Both the position numbers and the translations under genes were made by a program. The notes beneath the pieces were generated by a model. The model did not search any database, had not been told where the DNA came from, and saw nothing but the letters and a program-made list of their open reading frames with translations. A stretch of DNA of 64,000 nucleotides. It comes from an uncultured Candidatus Rokubacteria bacterium (GTDB lineage: Bacteria; Methylomirabilota; Methylomirabilia; Rokubacteriales; DASRDR01). The stretch spans positions 96,001-160,000 of the forward strand of contig CAWDVE010000011.1 of the NCBI GenBank assembly GCA_963805625.1, given 5' to 3'. This document shows positions 9,959 to 19,392 of the stretch, in pieces. Positions within the stretch are counted from its first letter, which is position 1; each line of letters begins with the position of its first letter.

Positions 9959-11046
9959 GACCCCGCTCGCGCCGTCTCTCTCCCGTCGCGCCGGCCATCG
10001 CGCTGCTGGTCGGCCTCGCCGGGCTCGCTGGGCCGGCCAGCGCCCAGGTCGCGAAGATCAAGGTGGGCTGGTGCGCCCGCACCGTGTCGGCGGCCGCCGC
10101 CCCGTTCGCGATTGCCACCAAGCTCGGCTGGTTCCGGCAGGAGGGTATCGACGTCGAGCTGGTGCCGATGCCGGGCTCGACGGACTGCGTGAAGAACGTG
10201 GCGGTTCGCGAGGTCGATTTCTCGCTGCCGAGCGTCGAGCCGCTGGCGGTGGGCCGCCCGCAGGGGATCAAGGCCCAGATCTTCTACACGGCGTACCAGG
10301 GGAACATCTACGGGATCGCCGTGCCGCACGACAGCCCGGTCAAGGAGTTCACGGACCTCAGGGGCAAGCGCCTCGGGGTGATCTCGATGGCGTCGGCGGG
10401 CGTGCTCGTGGCCCGGGAGCTCGCCCGGGTGGCCGGGCTCAACCCGGACACCGACATCAACATCGTCGTGGCCGGCGAGGGCGCCCAGGCGGCGGCGATG
10501 GTCCGCGGCGGCCAGGTCGACGCCCTCAGCCAGTTCGACACCCAGTACGCGATGATCGAGAATGCCGGCGTCAGGTTGCGGCTCCTCGACACGCGGGCGA
10601 TCGACCGCTTCCCGTCGAACGGCTTCCTCGCCCTCGAGGAGGCGCTGCGCTCCCGCCGCAAGGAGGCCGTGGCGCTCGCGCGCAGCTACGCGAAGGGCAC
10701 GGTGTTCGCGATCGCCAACCCCGAGGCCGCCATCCGGATCCTCTGGGAGGTCTTCCCGGCGACGAAGCCCACCGGGAAGGACGAGGCGACGGCGCTCCGG
10801 GACGACACCAAGGTGCTCCAGGCGCGGGCCCAGAACTGGCGGCTCGAGAAGGCCGGCGTGAAGCGGTGGGGCGAGAACTCCGAGGCGAACTACGGCGCCT
10901 ACGCCGACTTCATGCTGAAGACCGGCATCATCAAGCAGGCGGTGACGGTGCAGGAGCTGATCACCAACGAGCTGGTCGACGAGATCAATCGCTTCGACCC
11001 GGAGAAGATCGCCGCCGAGGCGCGCGCCTACCGGGCCGGCGGATGA
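9952..11046 (+). CDS. ABC substrate-binding protein (NMT1/THI5-like)
   Basis: Signal peptide ending ASA; GWFRQEGIDVEL, DLRGKRLGV, GQVDA; GGAGG RBS. Confidence 0.9.
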   Translation: MVRPRSRRLSPVAPAIALLVGLAGLAGPASAQVAKIKVGWCARTVSAAAAPFAIATKLGWFRQEGIDVELVPMPGSTDCVKNVAVREVDFSLPSVEPLAVGRPQGIKAQIFYTAYQGNIYGIAVPHDSPVKEFTDLRGKRLGVISMASAGVLVARELARVAGLNPDTDINIVVAGEGAQAAAMVRGGQVDALSQFDTQYAMIENAGVRLRLLDTRAIDRFPSNGFLALEEALRSRRKEAVALARSYAKGTVFAIANPEAAIRILWEVFPATKPTGKDEATALRDDTKVLQARAQNWRLEKAGVKRWGENSEANYGAYADFMLKTGIIKQAVTVQELITNELVDEINRFDPEKIAAEARAYRAGG

Positions 11047-12116
11047 GCTCACCGGCCGAAAGCCGTCCAATCAGCCCGGCCCCCCGCCCGGAGCCTCGCG
11101 CCCCGGAAGCGGCGCGGCTGCTCCTCGAGGCGACCGAGCTCGTCGACCTTCACATCCACGTCGGCGCCGCAGTGGCCCCGCACGTGCTCTGGGAGATCGC
11201 CCACGATCACGGGTTCAAGCTGCCCGTGAGGACCTATCCGGAGTTCCAGGACCTCGTCTACGCGGATCCCGCCCGCGTCACGTCCTTGGAGGGCTACCTC
11301 GACATCCTCCACCGCTGGACGGAGCGCATCCAGTCGTCGCCCGCGGCCATCGAGCGCTCGGTCTACTCGATCATCGGGAAGGAGTACCGCTCCTCGCGCG
11401 TCTCGACCATCGAGCTCCGCTTCAACCCCATGAAGCGGAATCTCGGCGGTGAGCGCGACCTCGACCACATCATCACCGCAGCCATCCACGGGATGGAGCG
11501 CGCCTGTCTCGCGTACGGCGTCCGCGCCGGGCTGATTTTCTGTCTCGCGCGCGAGTTCGACTACGAACTGAACGACATCATCGTCCGGAAGGCCGAGCGC
11601 TACCGGGATCGCGGTGTGGTCGGCATCGACCTCGCCGGTCCCGAGCAGCATACGCTCGAGTTCGGTGGCGACGTCGATCGATATCGCGACCTCTTCGCCC
11701 GCGCGCGCGCCGCCGGCCTCGGCACGACCATCCATACCGGGGAGACCTCGCACACGGGCGCGGATGGCGTCTTCGCCGTCCTCGAGAAGCTCCAGCCGGA
11801 CCGCATCGGCCACGGCATCGCGGCGGCCCGCAGCAAGGAGCTCATGCGGCGGCTCAGTGACCAGGGAACGGTGCTGGAGCTGTGCCCCTCGTCGAACCTC
11901 CGGACGCACGCCGTCTCCGGGTGGGAGGAGTTGCGCGAGGTCTACCAGAGCCTACGGGACGCCGGGGTGCGGACGACCGTCAACACGGACGGCACGTACC
12001 TCCTCCGCACGACTCTCCGCCACGAGTACGAGCTGCTCCTCGCCCACCGCGTGCTCGACTCCGACGACGTCCTGCGCTCCATCGAGACCGCACGGCAGGC
12101 GACGTTCGTCCGGTAG
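11043..12116 (+). CDS. adenosine/adenine deaminase family protein
   Basis: DLHIH, ELRFNP, GIDLAGPE, TIHTGE, RIGHG, ELCPSSN, VNTD. Confidence 0.9.
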   Translation: MSSPAESRPISPAPRPEPRAPEAARLLLEATELVDLHIHVGAAVAPHVLWEIAHDHGFKLPVRTYPEFQDLVYADPARVTSLEGYLDILHRWTERIQSSPAAIERSVYSIIGKEYRSSRVSTIELRFNPMKRNLGGERDLDHIITAAIHGMERACLAYGVRAGLIFCLAREFDYELNDIIVRKAERYRDRGVVGIDLAGPEQHTLEFGGDVDRYRDLFARARAAGLGTTIHTGETSHTGADGVFAVLEKLQPDRIGHGIAAARSKELMRRLSDQGTVLELCPSSNLRTHAVSGWEELREVYQSLRDAGVRTTVNTDGTYLLRTTLRHEYELLLAHRVLDSDDVLRSIETARQATFVR

Positions 12117-12192
12117 GTGGTGGTGAATGCGGCTCGAATCAATCATCCTTGCCATGGACCGAGCGCGTGGCGAGACACTCAGGAGAAGAGCG

Positions 12193-12792
12193 ATGGCGGA
12201 GAGGCGATTCGACATTGGCCTGGACCCCGAGAACAAGGATGCTCAGCGGCAGATGTGGGACAGCTGGTGGTACGACCGTTTCGAGATCCCGCACACGATC
12301 CCGGACGGTGCCCGCGGCCTCCAGATGGAGATGGGCGGGGAAACCTTCGGGGCCGTCCTTCTCGACCACGTCGCCCCGAAGACCTGCCAGGCGTTCTGGG
12401 AGGCGCTGCCCTATACGGGCAACATGATCCATTGCGCTTGGTTCGGTCATGCCGCCTTCTATCTCGATCGAGTGCCGCTGCTCGACGCGCTCGGCTATGA
12501 GCTGGAGAACCGCTTCCAGCGCCTCGCTCCCGGCGACATCGTCTGGGACCCGTACATCGAGGAGGTGACGATCGCCTATGGGCGCAATGCCTTCGTGAAC
12601 TTCCCGACCACGATCTACACCAAGGATGGCCGAGCGCATCCGAACCAGGTCTGCATCTTCGGCCGCGTGGTCGAGAACCTGGACGGCTTCGCCGTCATGT
12701 GCAAGCGCCTGCGCTATGAAGGCACCAAGCCGATGACGACCCGGCGAGCCGCGCAGAGGCCGCACGCGGCCGGACGCGTGGCGACCGGCTGA
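12193..12792 (+). CDS. DUF3830-like (cyclophilin-fold) protein
   Basis: APKTCQAFWEALPY...IHCAWFG, EN...PGDI, IAYG; AGGAG RBS. Confidence 0.65.
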   Translation: MAERRFDIGLDPENKDAQRQMWDSWWYDRFEIPHTIPDGARGLQMEMGGETFGAVLLDHVAPKTCQAFWEALPYTGNMIHCAWFGHAAFYLDRVPLLDALGYELENRFQRLAPGDIVWDPYIEEVTIAYGRNAFVNFPTTIYTKDGRAHPNQVCIFGRVVENLDGFAVMCKRLRYEGTKPMTTRRAAQRPHAAGRVATG

Positions 12793-12931
12793 TCATTCGC
12801 CAGCCGGTTGCCGGCCGCGGGGAACCGTGCCACGCTGACCCCCGGCCGACCGCTCTCACCAACACGCACGAGAACGGTAGGACCCGTCCAGTCGGCCGCC
12901 GGGCCCGCCGCCAGCCACGACGGAGGAGCAC

Positions 12932-13390
12932 GTGAAGCGCCAGGTCATCAGCACCGACAAGGGTCCCCGCACCGGTCTCCCCTACTCACAGGGCATCCGT
13001 CACGGGGACCTCGTCTTCGTAGCCGGACAGGTCGCGCTCGATCCCGCCACCGGGCAGGTCGTGGCGGGCGGCATCCGCGAGCAGACGCGGCAGACGCTCG
13101 AGAACGTGGAGGCGATCCTTCGCGCGGCGGGCACGTCGCTCGGGCACGCGGTCGAGTGCCTCTGCCTGCTCCACGACATCGGCGACTTCGGGGCGTTCAA
13201 CGAGGTCTACAAGGGGTTCTTCCCGACGGACCCGCCGGCCCGCACGACGGTCCAGGCCGTGCTCCCGCGCCCGGGGCTCCTCGTCGAGATCCGGACCGTC
13301 GCCGCGATGCCACCCCGCGGTGCGGCCGCGAAGGGCAAGACGGCCCGGCGGGGCGTGGGCCGGGCGCACCTGGCTTGGCGACGGCGCTAG
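12932..13390 (+). CDS. RidA/YjgF family imine deaminase
   Basis: PYSQG, FVAGQVA, FNEVY..FF...PPARTTV, LVEI. Confidence 0.92.
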   Translation: MKRQVISTDKGPRTGLPYSQGIRHGDLVFVAGQVALDPATGQVVAGGIREQTRQTLENVEAILRAAGTSLGHAVECLCLLHDIGDFGAFNEVYKGFFPTDPPARTTVQAVLPRPGLLVEIRTVAAMPPRGAAAKGKTARRGVGRAHLAWRRR

Positions 13391-13400
13391 CCGGCGTCGA

Positions 13401-14195
13401 TCACGGCGGGCGCCAGCGTCCCAGCCGCGTCTCGAGCAGGCGGAGCCCCTGCGTCACAGCCACTCCGAGGAGGGCCAGCAGCACGACGGGCGCGAGCGCG
13501 TCGGCCGTCCGGAGGCGCGCGCCGTAGAGCGTCATGCGGAACCCCAGGCCCGCGTTGGCGCCGAACATCTCGCCCACCACGACCCCGACGAGCGCGCGGC
13601 CCGCGGCCAGCCGGAGCCCGGCCAGTACGAGCGGCAGCGATCCCGGTAGGACAACCTTCGTCGCCACGGCGCGGCGGCTCCCGCCGAACGCCCGCACGGC
13701 CCGGACGAGCACCGGATCCGCCGCTCGCACAGCCGCCAGCGTGTTGACGACGATCGGGATGACTGCCAGCAGGAACGCGAGGGTCACCGCCACCGGGAAC
13801 CCGAAGCCCACCCACACCACGAGCAGCGGGTGGAGCGCCACGAGCGGAGTCGCGTAGAGGAACCAGACGAAGGGATCCAGCGCGAGCTCGACGCCACGCC
13901 ACGCCCCCATCGCCAGGCCCACGACAATCCCGACCACCGTCGCGAGCCCGAAACCGAGGGTGAACTCGACCCCGCTCCAGACGAGGTCCGAGCCGAGCTC
14001 GCCCTGGCTCCATTGCCGAGCCAGCGCCGCCGCGACGCGGGCAGGGCTCGCCAGGACGACCGGGTTCACCAGGTGGAGCCTCGCGGCCGCTTCCCAGCCT
14101 CCAAGCGCGAGCGCGAGGCCCGTCAGTCCGAGGACGACCGCCCCGTGCAGGGACGGCCGCACCCGCTCGGCCCGGAGCGGCGCCGCTGGTGTCAG
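13401..14195 (-). CDS. NitT/TauT-family ABC permease (start uncertain, CTG 14195 or GTG 14162)
   Basis: LASPARV, YATPLVALHPL, KVVLPGSLP, GVVVGEMF. Confidence 0.88.
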   Translation of the reverse strand: MTPAAPLRAERVRPSLHGAVVLGLTGLALALGGWEAAARLHLVNPVVLASPARVAAALARQWSQGELGSDLVWSGVEFTLGFGLATVVGIVVGLAMGAWRGVELALDPFVWFLYATPLVALHPLLVVWVGFGFPVAVTLAFLLAVIPIVVNTLAAVRAADPVLVRAVRAFGGSRRAVATKVVLPGSLPLVLAGLRLAAGRALVGVVVGEMFGANAGLGFRMTLYGARLRTADALAPVVLLALLGVAVTQGLRLLETRLGRWRPP

Positions 14196-15028
14196 GGCTC
14201 GATCCCCCGCCGCCAGGGTCCAAGCCGGGCCTCCGCCATCCGGCACGCCTGCACACCGGCCAGGCTCACGAGCCCGACGAGCCCCGCCAGGGCCAGCAGA
14301 TCGGCCGTGCGTCCGGCGTTCCCGTAGGCCGCCAGAAGCTGCCCGACGCCGGCGACCGAGACGTACATCTCCCCGACGATCACCCCGATGAGCGCCCGGC
14401 CAAGTCCCAGCCGGAGCCCGCCCATGACGGCCGGTAACGTCCCGGGCAGGACCACCTTCGCGAGGACGGCAACGGAACGGCCGCCAAACGCGCGCACGGC
14501 GCGCTCCCAGAGGGGGTCGAGCTGCCGGACGCCGGCCAGCGTGTTGACCAGCACGGGAAACACCGCGCCCAGGAAGGCCACCGCCGCCTTCGAGACCACG
14601 CCGATGCCGAGCCACAGAACGAGGACGGGCAGGAGCGCGACGCGCGGAGTCGAATGCCCCACCATCACGAGGGGGTCCAGGAGGTGCCCGAGGCGTGGCA
14701 CCCGGCCCATGGCCACCCCGAGTGGCACACCGACGAGAACGGCCAGCGCAAAGCCCAGGGCGAGCTCCTGGAGGCTCACGAGCGCATGCGCCAAGAGCTC
14801 ACCCGAGGCGAGAAGGCCGAGGCCCGCCCGGAGCACGTCCGCCGGCGTGGCGCCGAGTCCCCGATCGGCCGGGCCCCACGTCCCAGCGGCCTGCCAGCCG
14901 AGGAGCACGAGCACCACCGACGCCGTGCGAGTCAGTGCGGGCCGGACACGCTGCCAGGACACCGTCACACGACGGCCCAGGGGAGGGACGTGGGTGGGCG
15001 CGCCCAGGACAGCCGGCGTCTCAGCCAC
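14192..15028 (-). CDS. NitT/TauT-family ABC permease
   Basis: STPRVALLP, KVVLPGTLP, GVIVGEMY; multiple hydrophobic segments. Confidence 0.9.
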   Translation of the reverse strand: MAETPAVLGAPTHVPPLGRRVTVSWQRVRPALTRTASVVLVLLGWQAAGTWGPADRGLGATPADVLRAGLGLLASGELLAHALVSLQELALGFALAVLVGVPLGVAMGRVPRLGHLLDPLVMVGHSTPRVALLPVLVLWLGIGVVSKAAVAFLGAVFPVLVNTLAGVRQLDPLWERAVRAFGGRSVAVLAKVVLPGTLPAVMGGLRLGLGRALIGVIVGEMYVSVAGVGQLLAAYGNAGRTADLLALAGLVGLVSLAGVQACRMAEARLGPWRRGIEP

Positions 15029-15830
15029 CCCCGCCCCCGTCCTCCGGCGCGGCGCCGAGCGCCCGCCGAGCCTCGCCCTCGAGCCGCGCCCAGAGGCGCT
15101 GCCGGTACGCCCCGAAATCGGAGGTGCCTCGAACCGCCAGCGACCGCGGCCGCGGTAGCTCGATCCGCACCGACTCCAGCACTCGGCCGGGACGCGCTGA
15201 CAGCACGACCACGCGGTCGGCCAGATAGATCGCCTCGTCGAGGTCGTGCGTGACGAACAGGATGGTCTTGCGGTCGCCCTCCCAGAGCCGGAGGAGCTCC
15301 GCGCCCATCAGAACCCGCGTCTGGGCGTCGAGGGCGCCGAACGGCTCGTCCATGAGAAGCACGCGTGGCCGAACGGCCAGCGCCCGGGCCAGCCCCACCC
15401 GTTGCCGCATGCCGCCCGACAGCTGGTGCGGGAAGTAGTCCTCGAACTCCGCGAGGCCGACGAGCCCGAGGTGTCGCCGCGCCTGGACCCGTCGCTCCGC
15501 TGCCGGATGGCCCGCCAGCTCCAGTCCCACCTCCACGTTGCCAAGGGCCGTGCGCCAGGGGAGCAGCGCAAACTCCTGGAACACGAGCGCCCGCTCCGAG
15601 CTCGGTCCCGAGATCGGCGTGCCCTCGAGCGTGACACGCCCCCGGGCTGGCCGGAGAAGCCCGTTGACGACGAGGAGGAGGCTCGACTTGCCGCAGCCCG
15701 AGGGGCCGATGACCGCGACCAGCTCCCCCGCGTCGACCGTGAAATTCACCCCGTCCAGCGCGACGAGCTCCCCGCCGTCGCCGGGGCGCTGGTACGCGAC
15801 GACGAGATCCTCGACCACGAGCTGTGTCAC
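15021..15830 (-). CDS. NitT/TauT-family ABC ATP-binding protein
   Basis: GPSGCGKSS, LSGGMRQR, MDEPFGALD, VTHDLDEA. Confidence 0.93.
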   Translation of the reverse strand: MTQLVVEDLVVAYQRPGDGGELVALDGVNFTVDAGELVAVIGPSGCGKSSLLLVVNGLLRPARGRVTLEGTPISGPSSERALVFQEFALLPWRTALGNVEVGLELAGHPAAERRVQARRHLGLVGLAEFEDYFPHQLSGGMRQRVGLARALAVRPRVLLMDEPFGALDAQTRVLMGAELLRLWEGDRKTILFVTHDLDEAIYLADRVVVLSARPGRVLESVRIELPRPRSLAVRGTSDFGAYRQRLWARLEGEARRALGAAPEDGGGGG

Positions 15831-15926
15831 GGCGCGAACGCTGCTAGCGCGGGGCCCACGCGTCGAACGTGTCGACGAAGGTCCACGCCAGCACGCAAAG
15901 CGCGAGCCATGCCGCCGGTGGGGACC

Positions 15927-16410
15927 TCACCCCAGTCCCCGTCGCTCCCGAGCCCCGGTACCGTCGCCCGCCACGACGCGGTGCACGTGGGCGATCTTAC
16001 CGCCGCGCGTGCTCTCGGCCGGCCGACGCTCCACCTCGAGATACGCGCCGTCGCGCCACAGCCGGGCTGCTCCGCCGCGCCGTTTTGCGCTCCCAGCGTG
16101 TCGACCATGACGCCGACGACCGCCCGCGGATCGAGGGGACCCACCGCGGGGTCCACGGCGGGCGTGCTCGCCGTCCTGCTCCTCGGCGAGCTGATAGTCC
16201 GTCGGGCCGCCGCCAAAGCGCCCGGGAAGCACCTCGTCTAACACTCGCACCACGTCGGCGTCGACGAGGTTCATGCCGCAGGCCGTGAGCCAGCGGCTGG
16301 CGGAGGAAGCCGGGTAGCCGGCGCAGGAAGGGCGCGGCCATGCGGAGGTCCGCCGCAAGGACGCGCGAAGCCACCCGCCCGGCGCCCCCGCGAGGAGCCC
16401 CGCGCTTCAA
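15927..16410 (-). pseudogene. internally deleted paralog of the PaaK-like protein
   Basis: N-terminal ADLRMAAPFLRRLPGFLRQPL is joined directly to LTACGMNLVDADVVRVLDEVLPGRFGGGPTDYQL...WRDGAYLEVERR...GGKIAHVH, with frameshifts. Confidence 0.8.
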
Positions 16411-16662
16411 CCGACCGCGCGCGTCGCCGGGGCCGGGACGCGCGAGGGACCGATGGTAAGGGCGGTAGTCGACATGAGTGCCGCTTCCCAGCTGTCTCCT
16501 CCCCAGGACTCCTAGGGGCTGGCAACTGGCCGAGGCCCGATTCTACTCGGACGACCCGCGCGCCGTCGACGAGTTCTGGACCTAGCCCACACGATACTAC
16601 CCCATGGATACGGTGGCGTCTGCTACCATCGGCCCGGAAACGACCGCGCGCGAGGTGAGAGA

Positions 16663-18285
16663 ACGCGACTCGCCACCAACCTCACCCGTCTGGATCTGAT
16701 CGCGGCCGCACGGCTCCTCCTCCACCTTCCCGGCTTCCTTGCACGCCGGCCGGGGGAGATGGACGCTCGACAGATCCTTCGCGAGCGCCTGGCGACCCGT
16801 GAGGCGCGCTTCCTCGGTTTCGTGAGGCGCGCGGTCTTCGAGCAACCCGGCAGCCCGTATGCGAGCCTCTTCGCACGTGCGCGATGCGAGAGCGGAGACC
16901 TGGAGCAGCTGGTCAGGCAGAACGGTATCGAGGGCGCGCTCCTCGAGCTGTTCCGGGCGGGAATCTACCTCAGCGGGGACGAGTTCAAGGGCCGTCGACC
17001 GGCGCGGCGCGGCGCCGACACGATTTCAGTCAGCCCCGAGCGTCTGGTCAACCCGACCGTGGCGTTCGACTTCCTGACCCAGAGTAGCGGGAGCCGAGGA
17101 ACGCGGACGACGGTCCCGACGGACCTCGACTGGATCCGCGAGCGTGCGGTCAACACGTTCCTGGCTGTCCAGGCGCGAGGCGGGACTCGGTGGCGCCACG
17201 CGCTCTGGAATGTGCCGGGCGGCTCGGCGCTGTCCGTGCTCCTCCAGTACGCCCACTTCGGCCTGCCGATCGGTCCGTGGTTCTCACAGGTGGATCCGGC
17301 CGCTGCGGGCCTCCACCCGCGCTACCGTTGGAGCGCACGCGCCGTGCGCTGGGCAAGCGCCCTGGGTGGCGTCTCCCTGCCTCGCCCCCGGCACGTTTCC
17401 GTCGACGATCCTCTCCCGATTGCCCGCTGGGCGGCCGAACTTCTGCGAGCCGGGCACACGCCCCATCTGGACACCTTTCCGAGCGCGGCCGTGCGGCTAT
17501 GTCGGGCGGCTCTCCGCCAGGGCATCGACGTGACGGGCCTTCGGCTCCGGCTCACCGGTGAGCCCGTGACGGAGGCGCGGCACCGCGTCGTGCGGGAGGC
17601 CGGTGCCGAGCCGTTCCCACTGTACGCCGTGACCGGCTCCGGGCCGATCGGCCAGGGCTGCTTGGCTCCCGCGCACCCCGACGAGGTCCATTTGCTGCAT
17701 GACCTCCATGCCCTCATCCAGCCGGGGCTAGCCGGCGCGACGGATCTTCCCCGCCCGGGGGCCCTCCTGGTCTCCACCTTCTCGCCCGCCGCTCCGTTCA
17801 CCCTCATCAACGTTGCACCCGGCGACGAGGCCGTGCTGAGCGACCGCCGGTGCGGGTGCCCCTTCGAGGCGCTCGGGTGGACCGGGCACGCCCACACCAT
17901 CCGGAGCTACGAGAAGCTCACCGCGGCCGGAATGACGTTCTCGGACGTCGACGTGACCCGCGTGCTCGACGAGATCTTGCCAGCGCGATTCGGGGGGACG
18001 CCCACCGACTATCAGCTCGTGGAGGATGCCAGCGACGACGGCGAGCCCCGCCTGCGGCTCCTCGTGGCCCCTACAGTCCGTGTCTCAGATTTGGCAGCGG
18101 TCGCTGAGGTCTTCTTGGCCGGGATCGGGAACGGCTCGGGCGCGGAACGGATCATGGCCGACGTCTGGCGCCAGAGCGGCGTCCTCCACGTGGAGGTGCG
18201 GGAACCGCTTGCCGGGCCTTCCGGAAAGATCTGGCACGTCCACCTGAATCTCCGCTCGCAAGTCGGGGTCGGGCCGGCCGGCTGA
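16663..18285 (+). CDS. phenylacetate-CoA ligase / CapK-like (ANL superfamily-like) uncharacterised protein; first ATG at 16759
   Basis: QSSGSRG loop, LTGEP, LINVAPGD, CGCP, RSYEKLT; the frame is open upstream of 16759 and resembles the paralog N-terminus (LHLPGFL). Confidence 0.65.
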   Translation, partial: TRLATNLTRLDLIAAARLLLHLPGFLARRPGEMDARQILRERLATREARFLGFVRRAVFEQPGSPYASLFARARCESGDLEQLVRQNGIEGALLELFRAGIYLSGDEFKGRRPARRGADTISVSPERLVNPTVAFDFLTQSSGSRGTRTTVPTDLDWIRERAVNTFLAVQARGGTRWRHALWNVPGGSALSVLLQYAHFGLPIGPWFSQVDPAAAGLHPRYRWSARAVRWASALGGVSLPRPRHVSVDDPLPIARWAAELLRAGHTPHLDTFPSAAVRLCRAALRQGIDVTGLRLRLTGEPVTEARHRVVREAGAEPFPLYAVTGSGPIGQGCLAPAHPDEVHLLHDLHALIQPGLAGATDLPRPGALLVSTFSPAAPFTLINVAPGDEAVLSDRRCGCPFEALGWTGHAHTIRSYEKLTAAGMTFSDVDVTRVLDEILPARFGGTPTDYQLVEDASDDGEPRLRLLVAPTVRVSDLAAVAEVFLAGIGNGSGAERIMADVWRQSGVLHVEVREPLAGPSGKIWHVHLNLRSQVGVGPAG

Positions 18286-18303
18286 CGGCAGGGAGGTGAA
18301 CGC

Positions 18304-19356
18304 ATGGAGCGCGGCGATGATCGGCGGACCGCCCGGACACTCCGGCTCGGTGTTGTCCTGGGCCTTCTGTTTACGGGCGCGGTGCCTGCGGACGTGTCAG
18401 GCGTGGACGGAGTGCCCGTCGCCCAGGCGGGCGCGGGCGGGCCCCAAGTCGGGCCGCCCCGACCGACGCTCCGGCTCGGGCTCTCGGTACCGTACATCAA
18501 CTACCTCCCGGCCTACGTAGCGAAGGATCACACCTTCGAGGCCGAGGGGCTGGACGTCCATCTCGTGGCCTTCCGCGGGAGCGCTGAACTGGCCCAGGCG
18601 CTGGCGTCCGACTCCATCGACGTGGCCGCCGCCTCCGTCAGCACGGTGGTCAACCTCGTCACGGCCGGTCACGCGGTCAAGGTGTTCTATGGCGGCGTGT
18701 ACGGGTCGAACTGGGACTGGCTCGCCGCTGCCTCGATCGGCACCTTCACGGACCTCCGCGGGAAACGGATCGGCGTCTCGGCTCCCGGGTCGCTGGTGGA
18801 CTGGTTCACCCGGCACGCCCTCCGCCGGCACGGCCTCGACCCGGATCGAGACGTCCAGCTGATGTCGGTCGGAGGATCACCCTTTGCGTACCAGGCGTTG
18901 CGCGCCGGCCGCATCGATGCCGCCATGCTGGCACCGCCGTTCAAGTGGCAGGCCGCCGCCGCGGGCTTTCGGGTGATCGGCACGGCCGCAGCAGAGGTCT
19001 CCCCAGAGTGGCCGACGGTGGTGCTATTCGCCAAGGAAGCGTTCTTGGCGACCCAGGCGAACCGCATCCGGGCCCTCCTGCGCGCCTACGTGCGGGCGAT
19101 CGCTCGTGCCCGTGCGGATCGGAAGGCGACGTCGGACACGATCGTCCGGTGGCTCAAGCTCGAGCGCCCGGACGCCGAGCGCTCCTACGACGAGGTCATC
19201 GGCACCCTGAACGAGCGGGGTACCCTCCCCGCCCGGGGCATGGTGGTCTTCTGGGAGCTCGCGCAGACCGTCGGGGAGGTGACCGGGCCCTGGCCGGAGG
19301 CCCGCTACCTCGATCGACGGTTCATCGACACCTTCGACGCCTGGGCGCCCCGGTAG
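18304..19356 (+). CDS. ABC substrate-binding protein (SsuA/NMT1-like)
   Basis: FEAEGLDV, DLRGKRIGVS, GLDPDRDV, GRIDAA; signal-like N-terminus. Confidence 0.9.
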   Translation: MERGDDRRTARTLRLGVVLGLLFTGAVPADVSGVDGVPVAQAGAGGPQVGPPRPTLRLGLSVPYINYLPAYVAKDHTFEAEGLDVHLVAFRGSAELAQALASDSIDVAAASVSTVVNLVTAGHAVKVFYGGVYGSNWDWLAAASIGTFTDLRGKRIGVSAPGSLVDWFTRHALRRHGLDPDRDVQLMSVGGSPFAYQALRAGRIDAAMLAPPFKWQAAAAGFRVIGTAAAEVSPEWPTVVLFAKEAFLATQANRIRALLRAYVRAIARARADRKATSDTIVRWLKLERPDAERSYDEVIGTLNERGTLPARGMVVFWELAQTVGEVTGPWPEARYLDRRFIDTFDAWAPR

Positions 19357-19392
19357 GACGAGCGTCCCCGGAGGGCGAGGCGTGCGGTACCG

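Noticed and set aside
8725-11046. Apparent 773-aa permease-SBP fusion
   Set aside because: Produced by the permease frameshift near 9590; the SBP has its own RBS and ATG at 9952.
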